Sequence record: SRR31156797_6607
Reading direction: 5' to 3' (one strand)
DNA: 32,090 nucleotides
Shown here: one piece after another, positions 1-9,897 of the stretch
Layout: each line of letters begins with the position of its first letter
Position numbering within the stretch: the first letter of the stretch is position 1
Translations under genes and position numbers: made by a program
The notes under the pieces: generated by a model
What the model saw: the letters and a program-made list of their open reading frames with translations, nothing else
Told to the model about the DNA's origin: nothing
Databases searched by the model: none

Positions 1-71
1 TTTAACATATACGTGACCCAGACCCAATTTATCTGCTGATCCGATAAAGATTGAGAGTTAAGAATAAAAAC

Positions 72-102
72 AAAAAAAAGGTTGATCACAATGACCAACC
101 TT
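72..102 (-). terminator. Rho-independent terminator of the aminotransferase gene
   Basis: On the minus strand AAGGTTGGTCA-ttg-TGATCAACCTT is followed by a T-run, about 25 nt after the stop at 127. Confidence 0.8.
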
Positions 103-126
103 CAAAACTCATCTTATTTTAGTTTT

Positions 127-1317
127 TTACTTTAATTGATCCAGTGCTTTTTTAATTCTATTCATCGCTTCAACTAATTGTTCATCTGAAGTAGCATACG
201 AAAATCTTAAACATTTTGAACTACCGAAAGCCTCTCCAGAAACTGTTGCCACATGCCCGACCTCCAACAAATACATAGCTAAATCACTGGCATTCTCGAT
301 ACTATAATTATCATATGATTTACCAAAAAAATAATCAACTTCAGGAAACAAGTAAAAAGCACCCTGCGGTACATTAGCTTTCATTCCATTGATTTCACTA
401 GCCATCTTTACAACTAAATCTCTCCTTCGCTTAAATACCTCTTTCATTTCCTCAGAAGGTTTTTGCGTACCAACTAAGGCTGTTGCTGAAGCTTTCTGAG
501 AGATAGCGCAGGCTCCTGAAGTATATTGTCCCTGCAATTTATTACAAGCATCGGCTATCCATTGTGGCGCTGCAATATATCCAATTCTCCACCCCGTCAT
601 GGCATACCCTTTAGAAACACCATTTACGATAACAACACGATCTTTGATTTCTTCAAACTGAGCAATACTTTCGTGTCTTCCTTGAAAGGTAATCAGTTCA
701 TAAATCTCATCCGAAACAATTACGACATGCGGATATTTTGCAAAAACTTTTGCCAGTTCTTTTAACTCATCCTTAGTATACAAACTACCGGTTGGATTTG
801 ATGGAGAGCTAAATAAAAACACCTTTGTTTTAGGTGTTATAGCCTTTTCTAATTGGTCTGGAGTTATTTTAAAATCCTGATCTAAACCTGCTTCAACAAC
901 CACATTGCTTGCCTGAGCCAGATTAACAATTTCAATATAACTTACCCAATAAGGAGCAGGAATTATCACCTCATCCCCGGGACCTGTTAACGCTAAAATT
1001 ATATTTGCAATAGACTGTTTAGCTCCATTTGAAACCACTATCTGAGAAGGTGCAAATTCTAAATCATTATCCCTCTTAAATTTAGTACATACAGCCTCTC
1101 TTATTTCTTGTAAACCCGGAACCGGAGTATATTTTGAAAAATTTTCATCAATAGCTTGTTTGGCAGCTTTTTTTATATGATCAGGTGTGTTAAAGTCGGG
1201 CTGACCGATACTTAAATTTATCACATCTACTCCTTTGGCTTGCAACTCTCTACTTCGTTGCGACATAGCTAAGGTAGCAGATTCATTCACATTGGCTAAT
1301 CTTTCCGATATATTCAT
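127..1317 (-). CDS. aspC: PLP-dependent class I/II aminotransferase (aspartate aminotransferase)
   Basis: 396 aa; GQPDFNTP, SPSNPTG, SDEIY and SKGYAMTGWRIG (PLP lysine) motifs. Confidence 0.9.
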   Translation of the reverse strand: MNISERLANVNESATLAMSQRSRELQAKGVDVINLSIGQPDFNTPDHIKKAAKQAIDENFSKYTPVPGLQEIREAVCTKFKRDNDLEFAPSQIVVSNGAKQSIANIILALTGPGDEVIIPAPYWVSYIEIVNLAQASNVVVEAGLDQDFKITPDQLEKAITPKTKVFLFSSPSNPTGSLYTKDELKELAKVFAKYPHVVIVSDEIYELITFQGRHESIAQFEEIKDRVVIVNGVSKGYAMTGWRIGYIAAPQWIADACNKLQGQYTSGACAISQKASATALVGTQKPSEEMKEVFKRRRDLVVKMASEINGMKANVPQGAFYLFPEVDYFFGKSYDNYSIENASDLAMYLLEVGHVATVSGEAFGSSKCLRFSYATSDEQLVEAMNRIKKALDQLK

Positions 1318-1450
1318 ATTTCAAAATTAATTTCTTTTAATACAGAACTGTTTTTGTCTATTCCTGAATCTACGGTTGCAAATCATAGTAATTACTAGTA
1401 TTTTCACCCGATAATAATTTTAATTGGCAAAAATAGCATTTTTCAATTTT

Positions 1451-1978
1451 ATGGAAGATCTAATTGAACTTATAAAATACGCAGTACCTTCTTTAATCGT
1501 ATTGATTCTTACTTTAATTTTAGTAAGATGGTTTTTAAAAAGCGAAACTGACAGACGAAAGCAGGAATTCTTGCTAAAAAGTAATACCGAAGCTTTGCCT
1601 TTACGCATTGCTGCTTACGAAAGATTAACCCTTTTTTTAGAACGCATTAGTGCTGAGTCTATCATCATCAGAGAACAACCAAAAGCTCTTACAGTAAAAG
1701 ATTTACAATCGATACTACTATCAAGCATTCGTACAGAATACGAACACAATATGGCTATGCAGGTTCATGTGCCTGTTTCAACCTGGGAGTTGGTTAAAAA
1801 TGCCAAAGAAGAAATGATTAGAACAATTAACATATCTGCTGATAAAAACAAACCAGAAGAAGCTTCTATGGCATTGGGAAAAACAATTTTAGAGCTTTAT
1901 CCATCCACAGCGTCATATCATGTTAGAAAAGCGTTGGCGCAGTTAAAATTGGATGTTCAATCATTTTACAACTTATAA
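1451..1978 (+). CDS. Conserved hypothetical membrane-anchored protein (N-terminal TM helix)
   Basis: Hydrophobic N-terminus followed by LPLRIAAYERLTLFLERI. ATG at 1451 preferred over TTG at 1424. Confidence 0.7.
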   Translation: MEDLIELIKYAVPSLIVLILTLILVRWFLKSETDRRKQEFLLKSNTEALPLRIAAYERLTLFLERISAESIIIREQPKALTVKDLQSILLSSIRTEYEHNMAMQVHVPVSTWELVKNAKEEMIRTINISADKNKPEEASMALGKTILELYPSTASYHVRKALAQLKLDVQSFYNL

Positions 1979-2003
1979 TTTCACATTACATTAATTACAC
2001 TAC

Positions 2004-4367
2004 GTGGAAAACACTATAAATCAACAAAACAAAACAGGAGGTCTCCCCGATATTCGTAAAATATTTTGGTTAGTTATCTCGAATTGGTATTTGTTTGTCA
2101 TCTCATTTCCAATTTGTCTTGGAACAGTCTATCTGATGCACCGTTATACATTAAATGTTTATCGAGGTTCGGTTACAATTATGATGAAAAGTGACGAACA
2201 ACGAGGGATAACCGGTGCCGGAATCATCGATGGTTTTGGGCTTTCTCCGGAATCAAAAAGTATAGAAAATCAAACGATTATTCTTAGATCAAAAAAATTA
2301 GTTAAAAGATCTATCGACAATCTTGATTTTGCTGTGGATATTCATAGTGATGGTTTTTTAAAAGATTACAATTTATATCATTCCAGCCCTTTTAATATAG
2401 AGTTTGACTCTACTCATGTTCAAATTCTTAATACACCTATTCTTATAAAACCTCAAGCAAATAATAAGGTTAAGGTGATAGTAAACACAGAAAACGCCAG
2501 CCTACATATTTTTAAAAACGAAGTTAATAAAGGAGGTTCCGGATTAATCGAATTTGAAAAGGAAATTAGTTGGGGAGAAGAAATCAATACGCCATTCTGC
2601 AAGTTTAAACTGATTGCCAACAAATCACAATTTAATCAGGATAATAATTTTTATTTTTATTTTAGATCACACAACTGGCTGGCTTCTCAATATCGCTACA
2701 AAGTAGGGGTTAAGCCACACCGTGAAGGAAGCTCCATTATTTATATTACTTCTACAGGTACCAGCAGGGCAAAAATTTTAGCATTTCTGAGAGAACTAAG
2801 TAAGGTTTACCTGGAACAAAGTTTAGAACGAAAAAATGAAATTGCAGAACAAACTATTTCGTTTATAGAATCACAACTTAAGCAAATTTCAGACTCATTA
2901 AAGGATGCTCAAGGGCAAATGATGGAATTCAGACGGGCACATACTTTTAGTGCTCCAACCGAAATCTCCAAACGTTTGGCGAATAATTTTTTTGATTATG
3001 AAAGCCAAATAGGGATTATTGAAATTAAGCAGAATTATTATGAGAAGCTCAGAACCATGCTCATTAACAATCCGCTTAGCAACGATTACTTATTACCTGC
3101 ATTTTCGTTAGATGCCAATAGTTTTATTACAAAAATGGTAACTGATTTACTTACTTTGCATAACGAGCGAACAGTACTTCTGGATCAATCCAATGAAAAT
3201 AACCCAATACTTCATGAAATAGACCAAAAAATTGAGGTTGGAAAAGCCAATATACTGGTAGCGCTTGAAAAAATCATTCAAAACATTGATATTGAAAAAG
3301 ATAAATTAAGAAATCAAATGAATGAGGCTGCGGCTAAAATGAACACTTTACCAGATAATGAGAGACAGTATCTTGATATTGAGAGAGAGTATAAATTAAA
3401 CGATGCTATTTATACATTTTTACTGCAAAAACACTCAGAAACTCAAATTGCAAAAGCCTCCAATACTCCCGATAATGAAATACTAGACGAAGCTGTTATA
3501 ACAGGCCTTATTTCTCCTAATAAGAGCAAAAATAATCAACAAGCCTTCATATTGGCACTCATTATACCCATAGCCATTATTGTATTAAAAGAATACCTAA
3601 ATAATAAAATTCGAAATAAGGATGATATATTGTCTATTGTTCCGGATGCGACCATTATTGGTTATATTCCCGAAAACAAAGGTTCAGCTCATAATATTAT
3701 TCAAACAGAACCTTTATCTAGTATTTCGGAATCTTTTAGAGCATTAAGAACTAAGCTAAAATTTATGGTAGCAAACAATAATAAATTGGTTATTACCATA
3801 ACTTCGACTAATACAAGTGAAGGAAAAACTTTTTGTGCTCTGAATTTAGCATCGGCCTTTGCCATTTCAGATAAAAAAACAGCTTTGGTTGGTTTTGATT
3901 TACGTAAACCCAGATTAACCCAATTATTCAGTCACCACAATCAACCTGGATTATCTAACTATTTAATCGGACAATCCAGTTTTGAAGAAATACAGTTTTC
4001 CGGTGGCATAGATAATTTAATTGTTATCCCTTCAGGAGCTATTCCGCCAAATCCTTCAGAATTAATTTCGCATGGAAATACAGCAAAACTTTTTAACCAA
4101 TTAAAGGAGGAGTTTGATGTTATCATTGTTGATTCTCCGCCAATTGGTGTAGTTGCAGATGCCCGACTATTGATGGATTATAGTAATTGCTGCTTGTATG
4201 TAACCCGAGCCAATAAAACGAACAAAGAGCATTTTAGGCATACTATTCTGAATTTAAAAGAAGAAAAAATACCTTCTTTTGGACTTATATTAAACGATAT
4301 TAATACCAGCGGTGGTCAATACGGCTACTATTCTGAGAAGTATTATATCGATCAAAAAAAATCATAG
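2004..4367 (+). CDS. wzc: Polysaccharide co-polymerase / BY-kinase (Wzc/GumC family)
   Basis: Two TM helices around a coiled-coil region, Walker A STNTSEGKT, DLRKP, Walker B IIVDSPP, C-terminal Tyr cluster QYGYYSEKYY; GTG start. Confidence 0.88.
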   Translation: MENTINQQNKTGGLPDIRKIFWLVISNWYLFVISFPICLGTVYLMHRYTLNVYRGSVTIMMKSDEQRGITGAGIIDGFGLSPESKSIENQTIILRSKKLVKRSIDNLDFAVDIHSDGFLKDYNLYHSSPFNIEFDSTHVQILNTPILIKPQANNKVKVIVNTENASLHIFKNEVNKGGSGLIEFEKEISWGEEINTPFCKFKLIANKSQFNQDNNFYFYFRSHNWLASQYRYKVGVKPHREGSSIIYITSTGTSRAKILAFLRELSKVYLEQSLERKNEIAEQTISFIESQLKQISDSLKDAQGQMMEFRRAHTFSAPTEISKRLANNFFDYESQIGIIEIKQNYYEKLRTMLINNPLSNDYLLPAFSLDANSFITKMVTDLLTLHNERTVLLDQSNENNPILHEIDQKIEVGKANILVALEKIIQNIDIEKDKLRNQMNEAAAKMNTLPDNERQYLDIEREYKLNDAIYTFLLQKHSETQIAKASNTPDNEILDEAVITGLISPNKSKNNQQAFILALIIPIAIIVLKEYLNNKIRNKDDILSIVPDATIIGYIPENKGSAHNIIQTEPLSSISESFRALRTKLKFMVANNNKLVITITSTNTSEGKTFCALNLASAFAISDKKTALVGFDLRKPRLTQLFSHHNQPGLSNYLIGQSSFEEIQFSGGIDNLIVIPSGAIPPNPSELISHGNTAKLFNQLKEEFDVIIVDSPPIGVVADARLLMDYSNCCLYVTRANKTNKEHFRHTILNLKEEKIPSFGLILNDINTSGGQYGYYSEKYYIDQKKS

Positions 4368-4374
4368 GCTAATA

Positions 4375-5388
4375 ATGATTATTCAAGATAACTATTCTCT
4401 AAAAGAATTAAATACTTTTCACTTCGATGTTAAATCGGATTTCTTTTGTGCACCAAAAAACGAAGAGGAAATCATTGAAGCTTTAAGTAATCCTCTGGTT
4501 AAAGACATTCCTTTACTAGTTTTGGGTGGTGGAAGCAATGTTTTATTTAAAACTGATTTTAAAGGTTTAATTCTTAAACCTAACATTCAAACAGTGCAAA
4601 TTATTGAAGAAAGTAATTCGCATGTAATTGTGGAATGTGGAGCTGGAGTTGATTGGGATTACTTTGTAGAATGGAGCGTGAATCAAGGCTATTATGGTAT
4701 TGAAAATCTATCGCTGATTCCAGGAAATGTTGGCGCCAGCCCTGTTCAAAATATTGGTGCCTATGGAGTAGAGGTGAAAGATGTTATTCTGCAAGTAAAT
4801 GGTATATTTTTAGACACACTTGAACCCTTTAGTTTTAAAAACGAAGAATGCCAATTTGATTATAGAAATAGCATTTTTAAAAATACACTCAAAGACAAAA
4901 CCATAATAACATCGGTTACTTTTGAACTTCAAAAGCAAGGAGATCTAAAAGCTGATTACGGAAACATCAAAGAAGAGCTTGAAAAATACGATGAAATCAA
5001 CTTAAGTACAATTAGAAAAGCAATTATAGCAATTCGCGAATCTAAATTACCAGATCATCAAGTATTTGGTAACTGTGGAAGTTTCTTTAAAAATCCTGTC
5101 GTTGAAAATGTCATTGCTAATCAAATTCTGGATCAATATCACAATGCACCACATTATAAGGTTGGAGATAGTTATACAAAAATTCCGGCCGGTTGGTTAA
5201 TAGAACAATGCAATTGGAAAGGGAAAGGAACCGAAAATGCTCAAGTACATCAGCAACAAGCCTTGGTTATCATTAATAAAACAGGAAGAGCAACAGGTAA
5301 AGAGGTCTTGCAATTAGCTGAAATGATTCAACAATCTGTGATGGAAAAATTCAATATTCAAATTGAAAAAGAAGTCAATGTAATTTGA
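4375..5388 (+). CDS. murB: UDP-N-acetylenolpyruvoylglucosamine reductase
   Basis: LGGGSNVL, GIENLSLIPGNVGASPVQNIGAYG, GNCGSFFKNP and terminal EVN motifs; ATG at 4375, 7 nt after the wzc stop. Confidence 0.95.
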   Translation: MIIQDNYSLKELNTFHFDVKSDFFCAPKNEEEIIEALSNPLVKDIPLLVLGGGSNVLFKTDFKGLILKPNIQTVQIIEESNSHVIVECGAGVDWDYFVEWSVNQGYYGIENLSLIPGNVGASPVQNIGAYGVEVKDVILQVNGIFLDTLEPFSFKNEECQFDYRNSIFKNTLKDKTIITSVTFELQKQGDLKADYGNIKEELEKYDEINLSTIRKAIIAIRESKLPDHQVFGNCGSFFKNPVVENVIANQILDQYHNAPHYKVGDSYTKIPAGWLIEQCNWKGKGTENAQVHQQQALVIINKTGRATGKEVLQLAEMIQQSVMEKFNIQIEKEVNVI

Positions 5389-5397
5389 ATAGGAAAA

Positions 5398-5468
5398 AAT
5401 TGCAGCATTTTACATAACTCAAAACTATAACCGTATTAATCAAAATTGCCTGTAAAAATGCTGCAATT
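5398..5468. terminator. Long-loop inverted repeat between convergent murB and thioesterase genes
   Basis: AATTGCAGCATTTTACA (5398-5414) pairs with TGTAAAAATGCTGCAATT (5451-5468) with one bulge and a 36-nt loop. Confidence 0.45.
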
Positions 5469-5506
5469 AAACAACCCAGAAATCAAAACAAATGGTTTTT
5501 GTTGTA

Positions 5507-5944
5507 TTAATTCCTTATTCCCAATTCTTCTTTTTCTTGAATAAATGTTTTTTCTAATACCTCTTTAATAAATGGAGGTACAACCATTGGTTTTCTTGTG
5601 GACTTATCCACAAAAACAACTTCAGATTTTGCTTTACTTACCAATACCTTTTCTTCATTCCTCAGTTCGAACTTAAATGCAAAACGAGCACAGGGCATCT
5701 GTTCTACTTTAGTCGTAATTGTTATCAACTCATCGTATTTGGCAGGCGTTTTATATTTTATATCAAATGAAATTACGGGCAACATCACACCCTTATCTTC
5801 CAGCATCGCATCATGAATTCCTAGCTTTCTCAATAGTTCAGTTCGAGCCTGATGACAAAAACTAACATGGTTTGCATGATATACATAACCCATCTGATCC
5901 ACATCACTATAACGCGGCCTTACTTGCCAATGATCTATAATCAT
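5507..5944 (-). CDS. Acyl-CoA thioesterase, YbgC/FadM (4HBT) family
   Basis: VRPRYSDVDQMGYVYHAN hot-dog-fold motif; ATG at 5944 overlaps the upstream gene end by 38 nt. Confidence 0.88.
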   Translation of the reverse strand: MIIDHWQVRPRYSDVDQMGYVYHANHVSFCHQARTELLRKLGIHDAMLEDKGVMLPVISFDIKYKTPAKYDELITITTKVEQMPCARFAFKFELRNEEKVLVSKAKSEVVFVDKSTRKPMVVPPFIKEVLEKTFIQEKEELGIRN

Positions 5945-6827
5945 TTTTTCTTTCTGTTTTAAAATCTTCAATATATTTCCACACCTTCATGATCTCTAAT
6001 GAGACAAAAGAGTGTTTATCATATTCAACAACTGTTTTACCCAAAATCATCGCCTCAACAATATCTTTATTAAAAGGAATTTGAGCTAAAACAGGAATAT
6101 CCTCACTTGTAAAATAGCCTATAATCTGGCTAGCCACTTCTTTATTTATATCGGCCTTATTTAAAACACCAACAACTGGAATATCAAAAGACTGTGCTAA
6201 TCTTATCAACCTCTTGGCATCACTTAATCCTGACAAAGTAGGCTCCGTAACCAACACTACTAAATCGACTCCTGAAATTGATGAAATAGCCGAACAACCA
6301 ACTCCCGGGGGACCATCATTAATAATATAATCCAGATCTTTTTCACGAGCTATTTCTCTGGCTTTAGTTCTAACTGTAGACACCAACTTTCCTGAGTTTT
6401 CTTCTCCCGGTCCCATTTGAGCATGAACCATTTCACCAAATCTGGTTTCAGAAATGAACCACTTATTATTAGTACTTTGCTTTGAATCAATAGCTCTTTC
6501 CGGGCATACTCTTTCACATAATCGGCACCCTTCGCACTTAAATGAGTTAACCTGAGGAAATCCTTCCTCATTAATATCAATAGCTTCAAACCTGCAATAA
6601 TCCATACATATCTGACAGTTAGAACAACTGTCCTGATGAATTGAAGCTTCCCATGCCCCCAAATAAATTTCCTGCTGAATAACTGTTGGCTTTAGGATTA
6701 GATGTAAATCGGCTGCATCCACATCATTATCACAGAGAACAGCATTTTTCGACAAAGAAGCTAACGCTGCTGTTATGGTGGTTTTTCCCGTTCCGCCTTT
6801 TCCACTAAGAACCGTGATTTCCTTCAT
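5907..6827 (-). CDS. MinD-superfamily P-loop ATPase with inserted 2x[4Fe-4S] ferredoxin domain (COG1149-type)
   Basis: SGKGGTGKT, DVDAADL, CSNCQICMDYC, CEGCRLCERVC, DGPPGVGC. Confidence 0.9.
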   Translation of the reverse strand: MKEITVLSGKGGTGKTTITAALASLSKNAVLCDNDVDAADLHLILKPTVIQQEIYLGAWEASIHQDSCSNCQICMDYCRFEAIDINEEGFPQVNSFKCEGCRLCERVCPERAIDSKQSTNNKWFISETRFGEMVHAQMGPGEENSGKLVSTVRTKAREIAREKDLDYIINDGPPGVGCSAISSISGVDLVVLVTEPTLSGLSDAKRLIRLAQSFDIPVVGVLNKADINKEVASQIIGYFTSEDIPVLAQIPFNKDIVEAMILGKTVVEYDKHSFVSLEIMKVWKYIEDFKTERKNDYRSLASKAAL

Positions 6828-7695
6828 CTATTTTTTCTTTTAATGATTGAACGATTCCTTTAAATGCCATTGAGATGTCCCGTGGAGTAACTTCCGTCTT
6901 AACCTCTCCTTTTGCATAACTGGATGCGAAATCCATATTGTAAGGAATCTCTCCCAGCAGTTCGACTTGCTCTGTACTGATATAGTTGTAAATTTCACTA
7001 TTCCCAACACCAGCTTTATTGACTACAACTCCAAAAGACTTTCCCAAGTCCCGCATTAATTCAACCGCAAGTTTCAAATCATGCAATCCAAACGGAGTTG
7101 GTTCCGATACAAGAATTACAAAGTCAGCATCAATAACTGTTTCAACAACAGAACAACTTGTTCCCGGAGGTGCATCGTAAAGCAAAATTTCTTCCGAAGC
7201 AGGAACAAGTTGTTTTAGTTTTTTTATGAGCATGGTTTGCATAGAAGAACCAACTTTTAATCGCCCTTCAAACAATGCTGTTTTATTATTATTTGTTGAA
7301 AAGGAAGATACCTCTCCTATTGACGAATCGTACTCTGTTATGGCCTTATGGTCACAAGCAACCAAACATGCACCACACGAATGACATAAAGATGCATTTA
7401 CTTCAGCAAATTGAGCTGAAGGAATTACCACAATAGCATTATAAACGCAATATTCAGCACATTTACGGCAATAAGTACAATTCTCATTTTGGATAACTGG
7501 TATTTTTTGAAATACTTCTTGGCGGTGATTTAAATCTGCCGAAGACAGAAATATCCGATCATTCGGTTCCTCAACATCACAATCAACCAAAATCACATTA
7601 TCAAACTCTTTTAGTAAAAGCTGAAAAATTTGAACTGAAACAGTCGTTTTTCCTGTTCCTCCTTTTCCACTCGCTATGGCTATTTTATATCCCAT
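6805..7695 (-). CDS. MinD-superfamily P-loop ATPase with inserted ferredoxin domain (paralog)
   Basis: ASGKGGTGKT, DCDVEEPN, CTYCRKCAEYC, CHSCGACLVAC, DAPPGTSC; ATG at 7695 preferred. Confidence 0.9.
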   Translation of the reverse strand: MGYKIAIASGKGGTGKTTVSVQIFQLLLKEFDNVILVDCDVEEPNDRIFLSSADLNHRQEVFQKIPVIQNENCTYCRKCAEYCVYNAIVVIPSAQFAEVNASLCHSCGACLVACDHKAITEYDSSIGEVSSFSTNNNKTALFEGRLKVGSSMQTMLIKKLKQLVPASEEILLYDAPPGTSCSVVETVIDADFVILVSEPTPFGLHDLKLAVELMRDLGKSFGVVVNKAGVGNSEIYNYISTEQVELLGEIPYNMDFASSYAKGEVKTEVTPRDISMAFKGIVQSLKEKIDEGNHGS

Positions 7696-8533
7696 GCTCT
7701 TGTTTTCTGATAACCAGTTCTCCAACCTTAACACCTAATTTATCCGCAATTGGCTGACATTTTGCCGTAAGTAAGAAATATGTATTCTCGTGCTTCACAT
7801 CCATCAGTCCTTCAAAATTCCCCTGTCCTTTAGATATAATCAAATCTGCAGCTTGATAAGCCTCTATAAATTCATCGGAACAATGATTTAATAAAGTGGA
7901 GGGCGCATCATAGCCATTATTAATTATGTGACAAGTTTTATCTAATCCCACCTGTAAAGCATCATCCATCGTTGCATCATTTATAACTTCTCTACCTCTT
8001 ACCGCAAAGGTTACATCATCATGCCTGATGGTTTCCAGCAATAATTTATCAAATACGATTTCTCCTGCATTATCACCCAAATACAATATCTTTTTAGCTG
8101 ATTGAATAGCCATATATAAGTCGTCCACAGCATGAAGCAATAATGGGCGACTTATCAATTCTAGTATTTTTGAATGAATATCATCCGGAACAGAATGTGC
8201 TGCATAATCGATTATATTACCTGCCAAGGCCAACTTTACTGCATTTGAAAAAGCACTACCTCCTGAGTAAATTAAATCTTTCCAAAACGAATAATTAGCC
8301 AACAAAACAGCATTAGCATTCGCTTTTTCATCTTTATATAAATCTGTAATTTGCAGCTTTTGCTTTACTTCTCTTTGAATTAGAGTAGCTAGATATGGAT
8401 TTGCATTATTCCTGTTGGCTGTTATGATGCGTTTAATTTCATCCGACAATTCTGCAGCAAGCGAAGCCGAAGGTTTAAACTTTTCAATCAGTTTATCTAC
8501 TGTTTTCAGATGGCATTGTTCGCAAATATGCAT
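7685..8533 (-). CDS. DUF89 / ARMT1-like damage-control phosphatase
   Basis: N-terminal CxxC, AGNIIDY, GDNAGEIVFD, INDAT, SKGQGNFEGL, AKC. Confidence 0.88.
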   Translation of the reverse strand: MHICEQCHLKTVDKLIEKFKPSASLAAELSDEIKRIITANRNNANPYLATLIQREVKQKLQITDLYKDEKANANAVLLANYSFWKDLIYSGGSAFSNAVKLALAGNIIDYAAHSVPDDIHSKILELISRPLLLHAVDDLYMAIQSAKKILYLGDNAGEIVFDKLLLETIRHDDVTFAVRGREVINDATMDDALQVGLDKTCHIINNGYDAPSTLLNHCSDEFIEAYQAADLIISKGQGNFEGLMDVKHENTYFLLTAKCQPIADKLGVKVGELVIRKQEHGI

Positions 8534-8545
8534 CTTTTGCCTCCT

Positions 8546-8887
8546 TTAATGATCACAATAATTTGCTGTAAAACTTAAGGAATCGCTTAAAAATCCTTCT
8601 ACAAGTTCCGGTGCTTTTAATTTAGGTGCTCCCACAAATGCATTAACCTGATTTGCATTAAATAACTGAATCGCTTTTTGGCCCATTCCGCCAGCTACAA
8701 TATCAGTTACATTTTTTTCAGCAAGCCATTTGGGTAGTAAACCCGGCTCATGAGGTGGAGGTACCACTTTTTCTGTTTTCACAACTTTTCCTTCTTCCAC
8801 AGTGGAAATATGAAAGAATTTACAATGTCCAAAATGGGCATCTAACACATCTAAATTATCTACCGGTATAGCAATTTTCTTATTCAT
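8546..8887 (-). CDS. NifB/NifX-family Fe-Mo cofactor-binding domain protein
   Basis: KIAIP...HFGHC, PPHEPG, AGGMG and C-terminal CDH; ATG at 8887 preferred over 8920. Confidence 0.88.
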   Translation of the reverse strand: MNKKIAIPVDNLDVLDAHFGHCKFFHISTVEEGKVVKTEKVVPPPHEPGLLPKWLAEKNVTDIVAGGMGQKAIQLFNANQVNAFVGAPKLKAPELVEGFLSDSLSFTANYCDH

Positions 8888-8938
8888 ATTATTGTTCTTT
8901 TTAATTCTTTTTTTATCCATTCTAAAGGCGAGACCTAT

Positions 8939-9106
8939 TTACTCTGCTGATTGCTGTCTTCCAAATCCGAAGTTTTGTTGATTTCTACCAGCTCTTTTTC
9001 CTGAAGTACCGCAGCTACCATCTCTCATTCTTCTTCTCCTTTTTTGGCCACAATTATTAATTTGACTTTCGGAGTTTCTTCCTCTTTGTTGTCTATTTCC
9101 TTTCAT
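8939..9106 (-). CDS. Small Arg/Gly-rich basic protein (55 aa), absent from the ORF track
   Basis: Manual translation: MKGNRQQRGRNSESQINNCGQKRRRRMRDGSCGTSGKRAGRNQQNFGFGRQQSAE. It starts 11 nt after the upstream NifX stop and fills the gap in the operon. Confidence 0.65.
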   Translation of the reverse strand: MKGNRQQRGRNSESQINNCGQKRRRRMRDGSCGTSGKRAGRNQQNFGFGRQQSAE

Positions 9107-9117
9107 TGGAATATGTT

Positions 9118-9435
9118 TTAAGCTTTTAATTTTTCTACAATATCATTTACAGTCTGACCTGTATTTTGCAGCACTACCATTTGAATATTGAATTTTTCCA
9201 ATAATTCCTTGGCTTTAGGTCCAAAATCACCGGATATAACTTTAGTTACACCAAGTTCTATCATAAGCTCAGCCACCTTAGTTCCGGCTCCTGAACTCTC
9301 TTTCTTGTATTCATTTTCGATAAATTCTATCGTTCCTTCTGTCTGATTAAAAACACAGAAAAAAGAAGCTCTGCCAAAACGCATATCAAAATCCGCTGAC
9401 AATTCACCTCCCATGGATGAAACAACTGTTTTCAT
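9118..9435 (-). CDS. NifB/NifX-family protein
   Basis: RFGRA, GAG, ISGDFGPKA motifs. Confidence 0.88.
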   Translation of the reverse strand: MKTVVSSMGGELSADFDMRFGRASFFCVFNQTEGTIEFIENEYKKESSGAGTKVAELMIELGVTKVISGDFGPKAKELLEKFNIQMVVLQNTGQTVNDIVEKLKA

Positions 9436-9465
9436 TATTATCTGTTTTTATTTAAAATACATTTA

Positions 9466-9876
9466 TTAGCTTTTTGCTGATAACAGCTCTATTTGCTCAC
9501 TTTTACATAAAGGGCACTGATTTGCAACAGCAGATTGAGGAATAGTAAATTTTGCCTGGCATTCGTGACATATATACCAGGTATCTGCCAGCGTTGCGTT
9601 TCCAAAAACCGATTTTATATCCTTGGCTTCAACCAATGCTACTGCAATTTTTCTTCGTGCACTTTCATATATTCTGGCAAATGTTGGTCTGGATATTCCC
9701 ATTAGAACAGCCGCTTCATCGTGTTTCATTAAATCATAATCCGCCAGTTTAATAGCTTCATATTCTTCGTATAATAATTCAACTGTTCCATTTGATTCCC
9801 CGGACAAACCATATGGCTTATATCCCTGAAATCGGGGAGGCTCCACTACTTTTCTCAATCTTTTTCTTCTCGGCAT
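9466..9876 (-). CDS. DUF134 HTH DNA-binding protein with C-terminal Zn-ribbon
   Basis: MPRRKRLR, EEYEAIKLADY, AAVLMGISRPTF, CHEC...CPLC. Confidence 0.9.
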   Translation of the reverse strand: MPRRKRLRKVVEPPRFQGYKPYGLSGESNGTVELLYEEYEAIKLADYDLMKHDEAAVLMGISRPTFARIYESARRKIAVALVEAKDIKSVFGNATLADTWYICHECQAKFTIPQSAVANQCPLCKSEQIELLSAKS

Positions 9877-9897
9877 AATATTAAAATCGAGTTTTAT

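Noticed and set aside
1-60. Partial gene at the left edge
   Set aside because: Too short to show any recognisable coding or RNA signature.
8546-9435. Nitrogen fixation genes
   Set aside because: Only stand-alone NifX-like domains are present; there is no nifHDK/ENB.
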